Of a stretch of 64,000 nt of DNA, positions 30,247-38,531 are shown one piece after another. Position 1 is the first letter of the stretch, and each line of letters begins with the position of its first letter. The position numbers and the translations under genes are program-made. The DNA is taken from NCBI GenBank assembly GCA_024639145.1, contig JAHEIZ010000006.1, positions 13,240 through 77,239 on the forward strand, in the 5' to 3' direction. This stretch comes from Actinomycetes bacterium. GTDB taxonomy: Bacteria; Actinomycetota; Actinomycetes; S36-B12. The notes under the pieces are model-generated. The model was not told the origin of the DNA and did not search any database. It saw only the letters and a list, made by a program, of their open reading frames with translations.

Positions 30247-30893
30247 GGGGTAAGTGTCGCAGTGCCGGTCGTGATGACCAGGGCACCCTTGGCACTGATC
30301 AACGTGGCTCGCATTGTCCAGGCACCTGAGAACGGCAGTACGCCGCTTGCCTCGGATGTTTTCCCGCGTGCATGCACCGGCCAGGTGAGTGATCCCTGCA
30401 GGCTCGGTGATGTCCAGATCACCTCACCCGAGGAGGCCTTGTTCGCGAAGGTCGCGGTCAGGGCGCCCGGGCGTGACCCGTTCAGACGAGTCGCGACGGA
30501 GGGTGTTGTACCGATGGATTGAGCAGGTCCACGAGCACCGGGCTTGCCGATGACGAAGGACACCGCACCATCGACCTGATGGCCGTCATTGGAGGTGATG
30601 CGGAACGTGGCGGTCGTGATTCCCGGCCTCAGCGCAGACGAGGGAGTCAGGGTCAGGACCGTTCCATTGATGGCTCCGTGTGAGGAAACCACTGCGCCGG
30701 ACGCGTCGAGAATGCTCGAAGCATCGAGAGTCACCGCCTCGCTGAATGTCAGGCGGATCGTCGATGGAGCCTTCGCCACGAGGCTTCCGTTCGAGGGGGT
30801 GCTGCGGACGAGATCGGCGTGGGCGTACGCAGGTGCTGGGCTCACCAGCAGGAGAAGTGAGCCCAGCACTGCAGCCACAAGGGCTTTGCGCAT
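30243..30893 (-). CDS. CopC-domain protein with an unknown C-terminal domain of about 90 aa
   Basis: The signal peptide ends AYA|HADLVRSTP and the CopC core includes SNDGHQVDG. Confidence 0.7.
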   Translation of the reverse strand: MRKALVAAVLGSLLLLVSPAPAYAHADLVRSTPSNGSLVAKAPSTIRLTFSEAVTLDASSILDASGAVVSSHGAINGTVLTLTPSSALRPGITTATFRITSNDGHQVDGAVSFVIGKPGARGPAQSIGTTPSVATRLNGSRPGALTATFANKASSGEVIWTSPSLQGSLTWPVHARGKTSEASGVLPFSGAWTMRATLISAKGALVITTGTATLTP

Positions 30894-31654
30894 CAGTGTC
30901 CGGTCGTTGCTGCGGCCGGTGCAACCACGGTGACCACGGGCGCCGGCATTGCCAACGTGGCCGTCGAGCCTGCGGTCGGGATCTCGATCCAGGTGTCGGC
31001 GCCGGCCTTCGAGGTGCCGACGAGACGCCCGTTGATCTTCGCGAAGATCTCGGCGTCCGCCGGGATCTTCGAGGCCTTCGTGGTCAGGCTGAACTTTCCG
31101 TCGGCGCCGATGGTGACATCGTGGGCAGTGAGCTGAGTGTCACCCACGAAGATCGCTGCCTTCTGCCCGGCGTACGCGGGCAGGAATCCGGTGATCGTCG
31201 ACGTGGTGCCCTTGGATGCGACCTTGAGCTCGGCATTGCAGGTCTGCACCGCCTTGAAGTAGTACTTCTGGGCTGCCGAGCCAATCGCCGCCTTCGGCCA
31301 GGTGACGCGAAGACCGAACTCATCGAACTGATCGTCGGGAAGGCTTCCGCCCGACCAGGTGATGGTGTTGCCATTGTTGCTCGTGCTGATCTTCCAGCCG
31401 TCCTTCTGCTGAGCCTTGACGCCGGTGACCCCTGCGGGGATCTCGACGCTCAGGGCGTTGGTGGCGTCGCCATCGCAGCCGTGGCCCGGACGGAACATGA
31501 GGGTGCTGCTGCTGCCCGCGGTGGGCGTTGAGCCGCGAAGCTCGATGCCCATGTGGGCACTGGCCGAGGATGCGCCGACGATGGCGATCACGGAGGTCGT
31601 GGCGATAGTGCCTGCAGCGAGAAGTGCCTGGGCACGGGAAATACGTACGTTCAT
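30893..31654 (-). CDS. ycnI: YcnI-family (DUF1775) copper-binding protein with a C-terminal extension
   Basis: The start was trimmed to the ATG at 31654, behind AAGGAGT. The signal peptide ends ASA|HMGIELRG, and FRPGHGCDG...VTGVKAQQKDGW is typical of YcnI. Confidence 0.8.
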   Translation of the reverse strand: MNVRISRAQALLAAGTIATTSVIAIVGASSASAHMGIELRGSTPTAGSSSTLMFRPGHGCDGDATNALSVEIPAGVTGVKAQQKDGWKISTSNNGNTITWSGGSLPDDQFDEFGLRVTWPKAAIGSAAQKYYFKAVQTCNAELKVASKGTTSTITGFLPAYAGQKAAIFVGDTQLTAHDVTIGADGKFSLTTKASKIPADAEIFAKINGRLVGTSKAGADTWIEIPTAGSTATLAMPAPVVTVVAPAAATTGH

Positions 31655-31740
31655 TGAATTACTCCTTGGATGTCTGTGATGAAGTGCGTGCCGAGCACGC
31701 GAGAATTGGTCGCGCGCGCGATGCGCGGCGACTGGTGACA

Positions 31741-32268
31741 TCAGGAGATAGGTGGCCCTCGTCGGGCGATCACATGGGCAAGAGTCGTGGATTCGACCAG
31801 AGTCGGCTCGATGAAGGCAGGTGTGATGGCCACAGCCAGCGGTGCGGGAATCCAGCCGAGCTGTAGGGCCAGCGCCTGCCAGAACACAATCCAGCGATGG
31901 ACCAGGGCATCTCCGTGCGACAGCACGCCCGCGACAGCGAGGGCAGCGATGAGGTGGCTCAGGAGCATCTGGGTATCAGGCAGGAATGAGCCGTGATGCC
32001 CGTGGCCCGCGGCAATGGTCAGCAGAAGATGGAAGAGCACCTGAAGAGCCAGCACGAAGCCGAGCACCCACATGCCTGAGCGTCGCTTCTGGGCTACGAG
32101 GGTGCCGAGGGCCAGGGCGAGGGGGAGAAGAAGGATCAGCAGGCCTGGCTCCGGAAGGGCGCCCCGGCCACCGGAGTGACCGAGGACCGTGATCATGACC
32201 GCGGCACCACCCAGCGCGGCTCCGCGCGCCAGGCGCGTGCTGCCGGAGAAGCGGATCGAGCGGGTCAC
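31741..32268 (-). CDS. hypothetical His-rich integral membrane protein
   Basis: 175 aa with about 4 predicted TM helices and an AGHGHHGS loop. It sits at the head of the YcnI/CopC gene string. I recognised no family. Confidence 0.5.
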   Translation of the reverse strand: MTRSIRFSGSTRLARGAALGGAAVMITVLGHSGGRGALPEPGLLILLLPLALALGTLVAQKRRSGMWVLGFVLALQVLFHLLLTIAAGHGHHGSFLPDTQMLLSHLIAALAVAGVLSHGDALVHRWIVFWQALALQLGWIPAPLAVAITPAFIEPTLVESTTLAHVIARRGPPIS

Positions 32269-32295
32269 GAGGGAACCATATCTAAGCCGGATGCG

Positions 32296-32327
32296 TTGAA
32301 GGCCACTCCGGGAGGAGTGGCCTTCAA
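32296..32327 (-). terminator. hairpin terminator downstream of the sulfatase gene
   Basis: Perfect 14-bp inverted repeat TTGAAGGCCACTCC / GGAGTGGCCTTCAA with a 4-nt loop, 17 nt after the sulfatase stop. There is no clear U-tract. Confidence 0.6.
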
Positions 32328-32343
32328 GGGGTGATCAGGTGCT

Positions 32344-34308
32344 CTAGTTTGGCGTGAACGGGAACTGCTGCATGGTGCCGTCGGCCCAAGGCTGCTGGGT
32401 CGGCGTGAGGCGCTTGGCAGCACGCTGGGCGTCAAGAAGCTTGGCCATGACCGCCTGGGTTGCGGCGTAATCCGAGTTTCCGTAGAGGTTGCTCATCTCG
32501 GCAGGGTCAGTCGTGGCGTTGTAGAGCTCGAACTGATCCGCGGGTGGTGCCACCTGGCCATCGGTCGGGTTCGCAGCCTTCACGACCGTCTTTGCCACCT
32601 TCGTGCCCGGCTGGTTCACCATGCCGAGCACGATGGTCTGGACATCCTGCACATTCGGGCTGCTCCAGTACTGCGGGTTATCCCAGTAGCGCGAGTACTT
32701 CCAGCGCTGCTTGGCTCCGGCCGGGCCGGTGGGCAGGTAGGCCACGACGGTCTCGACGCAGTTGGGCTGCTCCACCGGCAGGTACGGCAGGCCCGCGATC
32801 GACACTGCATTGGCACCCTTGAACGGCTGATCGTCGGTCATGAAGTACACCGGCTTGTCGAACTTGGACTCATCGGCATCACCGAGGAGGTAGCCGGAGA
32901 GGTCATTTCCAACGAGCCTGCGCACCTGCGTGTGGGACTTGCGCAATTCCTTTGCCAGTGCCATTTCGTCGAGCCCGGCGAGGCCGAGCATCGTCGGGAT
33001 GAGGTCGGCGTGGCTCGTGAGGATGTCACTGGTCTCATAGCGCGGGAACAACTCGGGATTGTGGAACATGAACGGCACGCGCATCATCTCGTCGTAGCCT
33101 GAGTGCCACTTCTGGAACATTCCACCGTGAGCGCCGAGCATCTCTCCGTGGTCCGAGAGGTAGATGACGATCGTGTCGCGGTACTGCTCGCGATCTTCCG
33201 TGAGGGTGTTGATCACCTTGCCGATCTGCTCATCGACGTTCTTCTGCAGCTGGTAGTAGAAGCGGTGATACATCTCGTTGTTATTGAGCGGCTGGAAGCC
33301 CTTGGGGTACTGCGCCACGAAGCTGCCCTGGGCGACCGGCTTGGTGCTGAGGTCCTCATTTGAGGAAGCGGTGTAGGCGGGGCCGAAAAGATTGTGCGGC
33401 ACATTGGAGCCGACGAGCTGCTCAGCGAGGTAGAACGAGCCTTGCTGACCGGAGACATCCGAGGCCAGGGTGAGGCTTCCCCACAGGGTGATGTCGTGCG
33501 GGTTGACGAACGAGGCCACGAGAAGCCACGGCTTGTCATTGCGGCGGAGCTTCTGCAGCTGCTCCACGTTCAGTTCGGCAAAGACCTCATCGCGACCGCG
33601 GCCATGCGGGCCCGAGGATCCCGAATTCAGCGGGTTACTGCCGTGCGGCTCCGGGCCGATGAAGCCGGTGAAGCCATATTGCTCGAGACGCTTTGCCTCC
33701 AGGTAGACATCCTCGAGATAAGGGTCTCGACCGCCCATGTCGTTGTAGGAGGGGAGGGGGTTGTACGAGCTCGGCTGGTAGAGATCGGCATCTGAGATAT
33801 GCCACTTGCCCTTCCAGTAGGTGTCGTATCCCGCGGCGCGGAACCAGTTGCCCATCGTGGGCACGGTGGTGGGGTCGAGCCAGTAGAGATCCTGTTCGAT
33901 GGCGCTCTTGGCCGCACCTGAGGTCTGTGCGATGCCGTGCAGCGAGGGGTACTGGCCGGTGTAGATCGACGCACGACTCGGCTGGCAGGCCGTCGACATG
34001 ATGTGGTGGTGAGTGAACTCGACAGAGTTGCGACGCAGGAAGTTCTGGGTCGTCAGGTTCTGGAGGCGCCACGCCTGAAGCTCGGGGCTCTCGTAGAACG
34101 GGGCAGCACGCTGCTCGTCCATCATGATGATCAGGAAGTTCGGGCGCTTGCGCAGACGACCGCGCGGCTTGAACTTCGGCATGGGTGCCGCCTGGGCGCT
34201 TGCACCGCTCGCTGCAGCGAGGCCGGCAACGGCAACTGTCGCGACGCCCGCACTCTGGATGAGTCGGCGACGGCTCAGGCCGTCGTTGGACTCAGTGGTC
34301 TCGGTCAT
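32344..34308 (-). CDS. Tat-exported Cys-type sulfatase
   Basis: 654 aa with an SRRRLIQSAG...ASA twin-arginine signal and a CQPSRASIYTG formylglycine (CxPxR) motif. Confidence 0.88.
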   Translation of the reverse strand: MTETTESNDGLSRRRLIQSAGVATVAVAGLAAASGASAQAAPMPKFKPRGRLRKRPNFLIIMMDEQRAAPFYESPELQAWRLQNLTTQNFLRRNSVEFTHHHIMSTACQPSRASIYTGQYPSLHGIAQTSGAAKSAIEQDLYWLDPTTVPTMGNWFRAAGYDTYWKGKWHISDADLYQPSSYNPLPSYNDMGGRDPYLEDVYLEAKRLEQYGFTGFIGPEPHGSNPLNSGSSGPHGRGRDEVFAELNVEQLQKLRRNDKPWLLVASFVNPHDITLWGSLTLASDVSGQQGSFYLAEQLVGSNVPHNLFGPAYTASSNEDLSTKPVAQGSFVAQYPKGFQPLNNNEMYHRFYYQLQKNVDEQIGKVINTLTEDREQYRDTIVIYLSDHGEMLGAHGGMFQKWHSGYDEMMRVPFMFHNPELFPRYETSDILTSHADLIPTMLGLAGLDEMALAKELRKSHTQVRRLVGNDLSGYLLGDADESKFDKPVYFMTDDQPFKGANAVSIAGLPYLPVEQPNCVETVVAYLPTGPAGAKQRWKYSRYWDNPQYWSSPNVQDVQTIVLGMVNQPGTKVAKTVVKAANPTDGQVAPPADQFELYNATTDPAEMSNLYGNSDYAATQAVMAKLLDAQRAAKRLTPTQQPWADGTMQQFPFTPN

Positions 34309-34312
34309 GGAA

Positions 34313-35413
34313 CTAGTTCCCCTTCTTGTCGCTCAGTGAGATGGTGCCGAGTGCCTGGTCGTAGGTGAATGTGAAGTCGAAGTAGAGCGAATTTCCTGTG
34401 TTCACCGCGGGCGATCCCGCGGCAAACATCACGCGCACGAGATTCCGAGAGCCATCGCGACCCGCGATGAACTCATTTCCGTAGAAGGCGCTATTCGCCT
34501 CCGCGAACTTCACGTGCGTTCCCGGCTTCACGAGGTGGTACGTCGCCGGCGGCTGCTTGCCCGGGGCCTGCACCGTGTCAACGCTCACGGCTGCTCGCTC
34601 CGAGGGTGAATCCGCGGCTCGAGGAACATTGCGGAAGTTGCGACCGACGAGGCGCATGATCGTTCCCCCCGAGTCGAACCAGGTAGGCACGCACTGCTCG
34701 GGCACCGAGGTGAAGCTCCAGCATCCGGGAGCCGCGTGGTCGTTCCACATCTTGGCGCCATTGACGTCGACGCCCATGTACGGAAGCTGGAAGTGCATCG
34801 TGACGTCGGTCGGGGGTTCCGCTCCGAGCACGAGGGCGCCCTTACGTGCAGAGCTCGGAGTGGAGGGGCGATCGAAGTGGATGCTCCAGCGCAGCCCCAG
34901 GCTGCCGGGCATCGACTTCAGCACGTTGGTCATCCGCCCGCCGTTGCCGTCGCCTAGGCCAAGGACACCGACGATGCCGCGACGCTTCCACTTCTGCACG
35001 TACGAACTGTTGGAGTTCACGTACTGGATGGAGACGGGATTCGCCGTGGTCACGCCGCCGATGGTGACGGGCGCGGTGAAGAGGACGCCGGGCAGCTTGT
35101 TGCCCTGCAGGTAGGCGGTGTTCTGGATTCCGGCCGTGTGTGCCGAGGTCGGCTTCTCGAAGAGGAACAGGCCCACGCTGCCGGTATCGGCGATCACCGA
35201 GATCGGCGCTGCCTTGCCGACCCGGATGGTGATGATGCCGTCAAGGCCGGTGCGTTCAGGGGTGTTGATCGTCCGGATCGGCACGCTGACCGTCACCGGC
35301 TCGCGATTCGCCGAGGTCTGCACGTCGGCATCGTCCGCGCAGGCGAACGAGGCGGGAAGGGTCAGCAGGCTCAGACTGATGCCGGCGATGATTCCTGGGG
35401 TCCAGCGGCGCAC
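34313..35413 (-). CDS. secreted pepsin-like (two-lobe aspartic peptidase fold) protein
   Basis: The start was trimmed to the GTG at 35413, behind AAGGAA. It has a signal peptide, VIADTGSVGLFLF and WFDSGGTIMRL motifs, and a C-terminal YFDFTFTYDQALGTISLS. It ends 4 nt before the sulfatase start. Confidence 0.6.
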   Translation of the reverse strand: MRRWTPGIIAGISLSLLTLPASFACADDADVQTSANREPVTVSVPIRTINTPERTGLDGIITIRVGKAAPISVIADTGSVGLFLFEKPTSAHTAGIQNTAYLQGNKLPGVLFTAPVTIGGVTTANPVSIQYVNSNSSYVQKWKRRGIVGVLGLGDGNGGRMTNVLKSMPGSLGLRWSIHFDRPSTPSSARKGALVLGAEPPTDVTMHFQLPYMGVDVNGAKMWNDHAAPGCWSFTSVPEQCVPTWFDSGGTIMRLVGRNFRNVPRAADSPSERAAVSVDTVQAPGKQPPATYHLVKPGTHVKFAEANSAFYGNEFIAGRDGSRNLVRVMFAAGSPAVNTGNSLYFDFTFTYDQALGTISLSDKKGN

Positions 35414-35612
35414 CGTGTGTTCCTTTCGAGGGAGCCGAGGGCAGGCCGAGGAATTGGTCGGCTGCCTGACGGCTCGAGCGAGTGGCGTCACCCGTAGGGG
35501 TGACGAGTGAGCATCCCATGCATGCGGCGATTTGCCCAGAAAGTTCACGAACGTGAAGGCCCGACAAGCCCCGACATGACGAAACCGCCCCCGAGGGAGC
35601 GGTTCGTCTACG

Positions 35613-35685
<73 letters not shown>

Positions 35686-35747
35686 CTGCCGTGCAAGCCA
35701 GAACTCTACCACCGTGTTTCGGCCCCCTCGAACGGCCTCCCGCCCTG

Positions 35748-37211
35748 CTAGTGGATGGCTTGTCGGAGGGCAGCGGCGATGGCCTTGCCCATGACCTCCA
35801 GGCCCTTCGGGTTGGGATGGAAGGCGGCTGAAGCCAACGGGCCGAGGCTAATCAGGCCGAAGGTCCAGGCCTGATCGCCTGCGCACACGCCGTGGCCGAC
35901 CGAGGAGTTGCCGCTTGCGCCCCAGGTGCCCGGGATGTCTGACCAGCCGAGGGTGCCCTGGGTGGCAGCGATCTGGCTGTTCAGGCTGCCTGCCGGCAGG
36001 GGCATGGGGACAGACGTCCCCGTGGTGGTCGTGTACGAGTAAGGCGACTGCGGGTCAGGGACGAGCAAGGTCGCCCGTGCCCAGGCGAAATCTGACTCGT
36101 TCATGGTCAGGTAGCTGCACGGGGAACCATTGGTGTTCCGGGTGATATCGGGATACATCGTCGGGAAGACAGGTGCACCTGGTGCCAACCCGGCGAGGGC
36201 GGCGTTGACCGCGGCGTACTTGCTGGCGAGTGCAGTGAGATTGGCCTGTGCGCCGGCCTGCGTGGTCGGGTAGCCCTTCAGAGGAGGAGTCGACGAGGGC
36301 TGAATGGGGCAGTCGGCCTGGAGTGCGCAGGCCTGCAGGATCGCACCGAAGCCAATGTCATTGCCGCCAACGGAGAGCGTGATCGCGTCAATGCGATGGC
36401 CGGCGGCGAGGGCTCGAGCCTGCTCGACCTGGCTCGCGCTCTGCCGCGCACGTGTCTGAGGGCCGAGGATCCCCGCGCCGATAGTCGCCCCGCTGCAGCT
36501 GACATCGATGAAGGTCACGCTGGAATGCGGTGAGGCCTGCTCGAGTCGCAGTGCGGCCCTCGCCGGGGCGCTATGAGTGCTGCGGGAGCACGAGGTGTCG
36601 TCCCAATAGGGGGTGAACGAAGTGAAGAGCCCGCCCTGCTGCAGATAGGCATCGATATTCCTCGGGTTGCCCTCGCCGGAGGCATAGGAATCACCCAGGG
36701 AGACCAGGACGTAATTGCGGACGCTCCCGCGCAGTAGACGATGCGTGGTCGCGCGACCGGATTTCACCGCGAGATCGAAAGCGTAGGTGCCTTCCGGGAG
36801 TGAGACCGTCGTCGTGCACTTCTTGATGGGCTTCGATGGAGTCCGCACAGTCGTCGCCCCGGTGACAGTCCAGGTATAGGAGTCACCCTTGGACCCGCAG
36901 GCATTGAGCATGATCGTGTAGCTGGTGCCGAGGTACCACGAGAGTGATCCGTTGATCAGCCGCTCATTGGGCTGGGCGACGCGATTGCCCGCCCCGATCA
37001 TGGTGGCCGAGGGATTAAGCGACAGCGAGCCACGGGAGGGGACTCCTCCGTCACCGTCAATGTAGCCATCGCCATTGGCATCCTTGCTCTGCGGTGCCAT
37101 CGCCCAACTGCCCTGGGCGATCGGGCCGCCTGCTGCCTGTGCCGGCACGGCCACGGCGACTGTGGTGACAACAAGGCACGCGGCCAGGGCGAGAGGCATC
37201 CTGCGAGGCAT
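35748..37211 (-). CDS. secreted SGNH/GDSL-family hydrolase with N-terminal extra domains
   Basis: The start was trimmed to MPRRMPLALAACLVV... (signal peptide). It has a VSLGDSYASGEGN block I motif, a GGND block and an N-terminal DANGDGYIDGDGG Ca-loop-like motif. Confidence 0.75.
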   Translation of the reverse strand: MPRRMPLALAACLVVTTVAVAVPAQAAGGPIAQGSWAMAPQSKDANGDGYIDGDGGVPSRGSLSLNPSATMIGAGNRVAQPNERLINGSLSWYLGTSYTIMLNACGSKGDSYTWTVTGATTVRTPSKPIKKCTTTVSLPEGTYAFDLAVKSGRATTHRLLRGSVRNYVLVSLGDSYASGEGNPRNIDAYLQQGGLFTSFTPYWDDTSCSRSTHSAPARAALRLEQASPHSSVTFIDVSCSGATIGAGILGPQTRARQSASQVEQARALAAGHRIDAITLSVGGNDIGFGAILQACALQADCPIQPSSTPPLKGYPTTQAGAQANLTALASKYAAVNAALAGLAPGAPVFPTMYPDITRNTNGSPCSYLTMNESDFAWARATLLVPDPQSPYSYTTTTGTSVPMPLPAGSLNSQIAATQGTLGWSDIPGTWGASGNSSVGHGVCAGDQAWTFGLISLGPLASAAFHPNPKGLEVMGKAIAAALRQAIH

Positions 37212-37239
37212 GCGCTCACCGTACGCGACCGCTTCTACG

Positions 37240-38319
37240 ATGACCCACATGCGCAGGACTGTCATTGCCGCGGCAGTCGTGATCGTTCTCATCGCGGGTA
37301 CCGTCGCCTTCGTGGTGACCGGATCAGGTGATCACGGGCACCCCGTCGCCGAGGTATCGACGGCAGCCGCGCCTGCGGCCTCCCATCATGGAAGCCCGAT
37401 CCAGGCCGATACTCCGGATGCTCCCGTCTCCGTCATTCACGACGTGTACACCGAAGTGCGGGATGAGTTGCTCGCCGTGCAGAGACTGCAGGGATCCGCG
37501 GCAGCGCTAGATGAACTCGACGTGCGCTCGCGCGCTGATGTCGAGATAGGTGGCGTGTGTCATGCGATTGCCCACGATCTCGGCCATCAGGCACTCGAAA
37601 TCGCCGGCGGGAATCCGGGATCCGCGCTCACCGTGCGCAATGACGTCTGCGGGGGAGGCTTCACGCACGGCGTGATCGAGGATGCTCTGGCGACGTCGAA
37701 GGAACCGGCGCGTGACCTCATGAAGATATGCGCGCCGAAGCAGGACGGTTCCTGCTTCCACGGAGTGGGCCATGGCGTCATGTTCGCGACCGGGCTCGAT
37801 GTTGACGCATCACTTGAACTCTGCGATCTCGCCCCGAAGCCTGTCCTCTCGGTGCGATGCGGTGAGGGTGTGTTCATGCAGTTGTTCAGCGCAGATGTCG
37901 CCGGCGGTCATGCGGCCGGCAAGGGTGCGAGTGCGGAGACTGTCGAGACCGCGAGCAGTACTTGCGCGAGTATCCGTATGCCCTATGCGGGTGCCTGCTG
38001 GTTCTACACGCCCACCCTGTGGCTCGCGGATCGCCCCGATGACTTCACTGGAGCCATGCAGTGGTGCGCCGAGGCTCCATCGGACTTCGGTCGGCAGCTG
38101 TGCGCGAAGGGGGTAGGGAGTAGAACGATCAAGTATCACCCCGATGATCCGACGATTGGTGCACGAGTGTGCGCCGGAGCCGGCGAACTAATCAATTCCT
38201 GCCTAGCCGGCATGGGCTCCTACTGGTCGGTTCACCACAAGGGCCTGCGGGCCCCGAGTGACGTGTGCAGTCGACTCGACAGTGCGCGGCTCGAGCGACG
38301 CTGCCTGCAGGTCACGTAG
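37240..38319 (+). CDS. hypothetical membrane-anchored extracytoplasmic protein with 14 Cys in a repeated pattern
   Basis: The start was trimmed to MTHMRRTVIAAAVVIVLIAG (TM anchor); the ATG at 37249 is also possible. It carries repeated CxxG(x)G(H) motifs. I recognised no family. Confidence 0.55.
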   Translation: MTHMRRTVIAAAVVIVLIAGTVAFVVTGSGDHGHPVAEVSTAAAPAASHHGSPIQADTPDAPVSVIHDVYTEVRDELLAVQRLQGSAAALDELDVRSRADVEIGGVCHAIAHDLGHQALEIAGGNPGSALTVRNDVCGGGFTHGVIEDALATSKEPARDLMKICAPKQDGSCFHGVGHGVMFATGLDVDASLELCDLAPKPVLSVRCGEGVFMQLFSADVAGGHAAGKGASAETVETASSTCASIRMPYAGACWFYTPTLWLADRPDDFTGAMQWCAEAPSDFGRQLCAKGVGSRTIKYHPDDPTIGARVCAGAGELINSCLAGMGSYWSVHHKGLRAPSDVCSRLDSARLERRCLQVT

Positions 38320-38328
38320 CCGACTGCG

Positions 38329-38517
38329 TCAGTCGCAGGCCTCGTAGTCGAAGGGGCAGTGCCGGCATCGATTGCCGCAGCAGGCCCCTCGATTTAGGTG
38401 ATAGGCCTCGGTCATCACGAACAATCCCGTGCGTGGATCGAAGTATCCGTCGTCCTCCCGTGCCATAGCCTGGGCATGAGCGATGGCAATGGCCTCGCTC
38501 TCGGACGGCGTACTCAT
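38329..38517 (-). CDS. small Cys-rich protein (DUF5522-like)
   Basis: 62 aa with a C-terminal [18 protein letters not shown] motif. The family name is from memory. Confidence 0.6.
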   Translation of the reverse strand: MSTPSESEAIAIAHAQAMAREDDGYFDPRTGLFVMTEAYHLNRGACCGNRCRHCPFDYEACD

Positions 38518-38531
38518 GGAGAGAGTCTGGC

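Noticed and set aside
35583-35604. Imperfect hairpin AACCGC...GCGGTT downstream of tRNA-Lys as a terminator
   Set aside because: The stem is only 6 bp, with a small internal helix and a mismatch, and there is no convincing U-tract. It is too weak to report as a feature.
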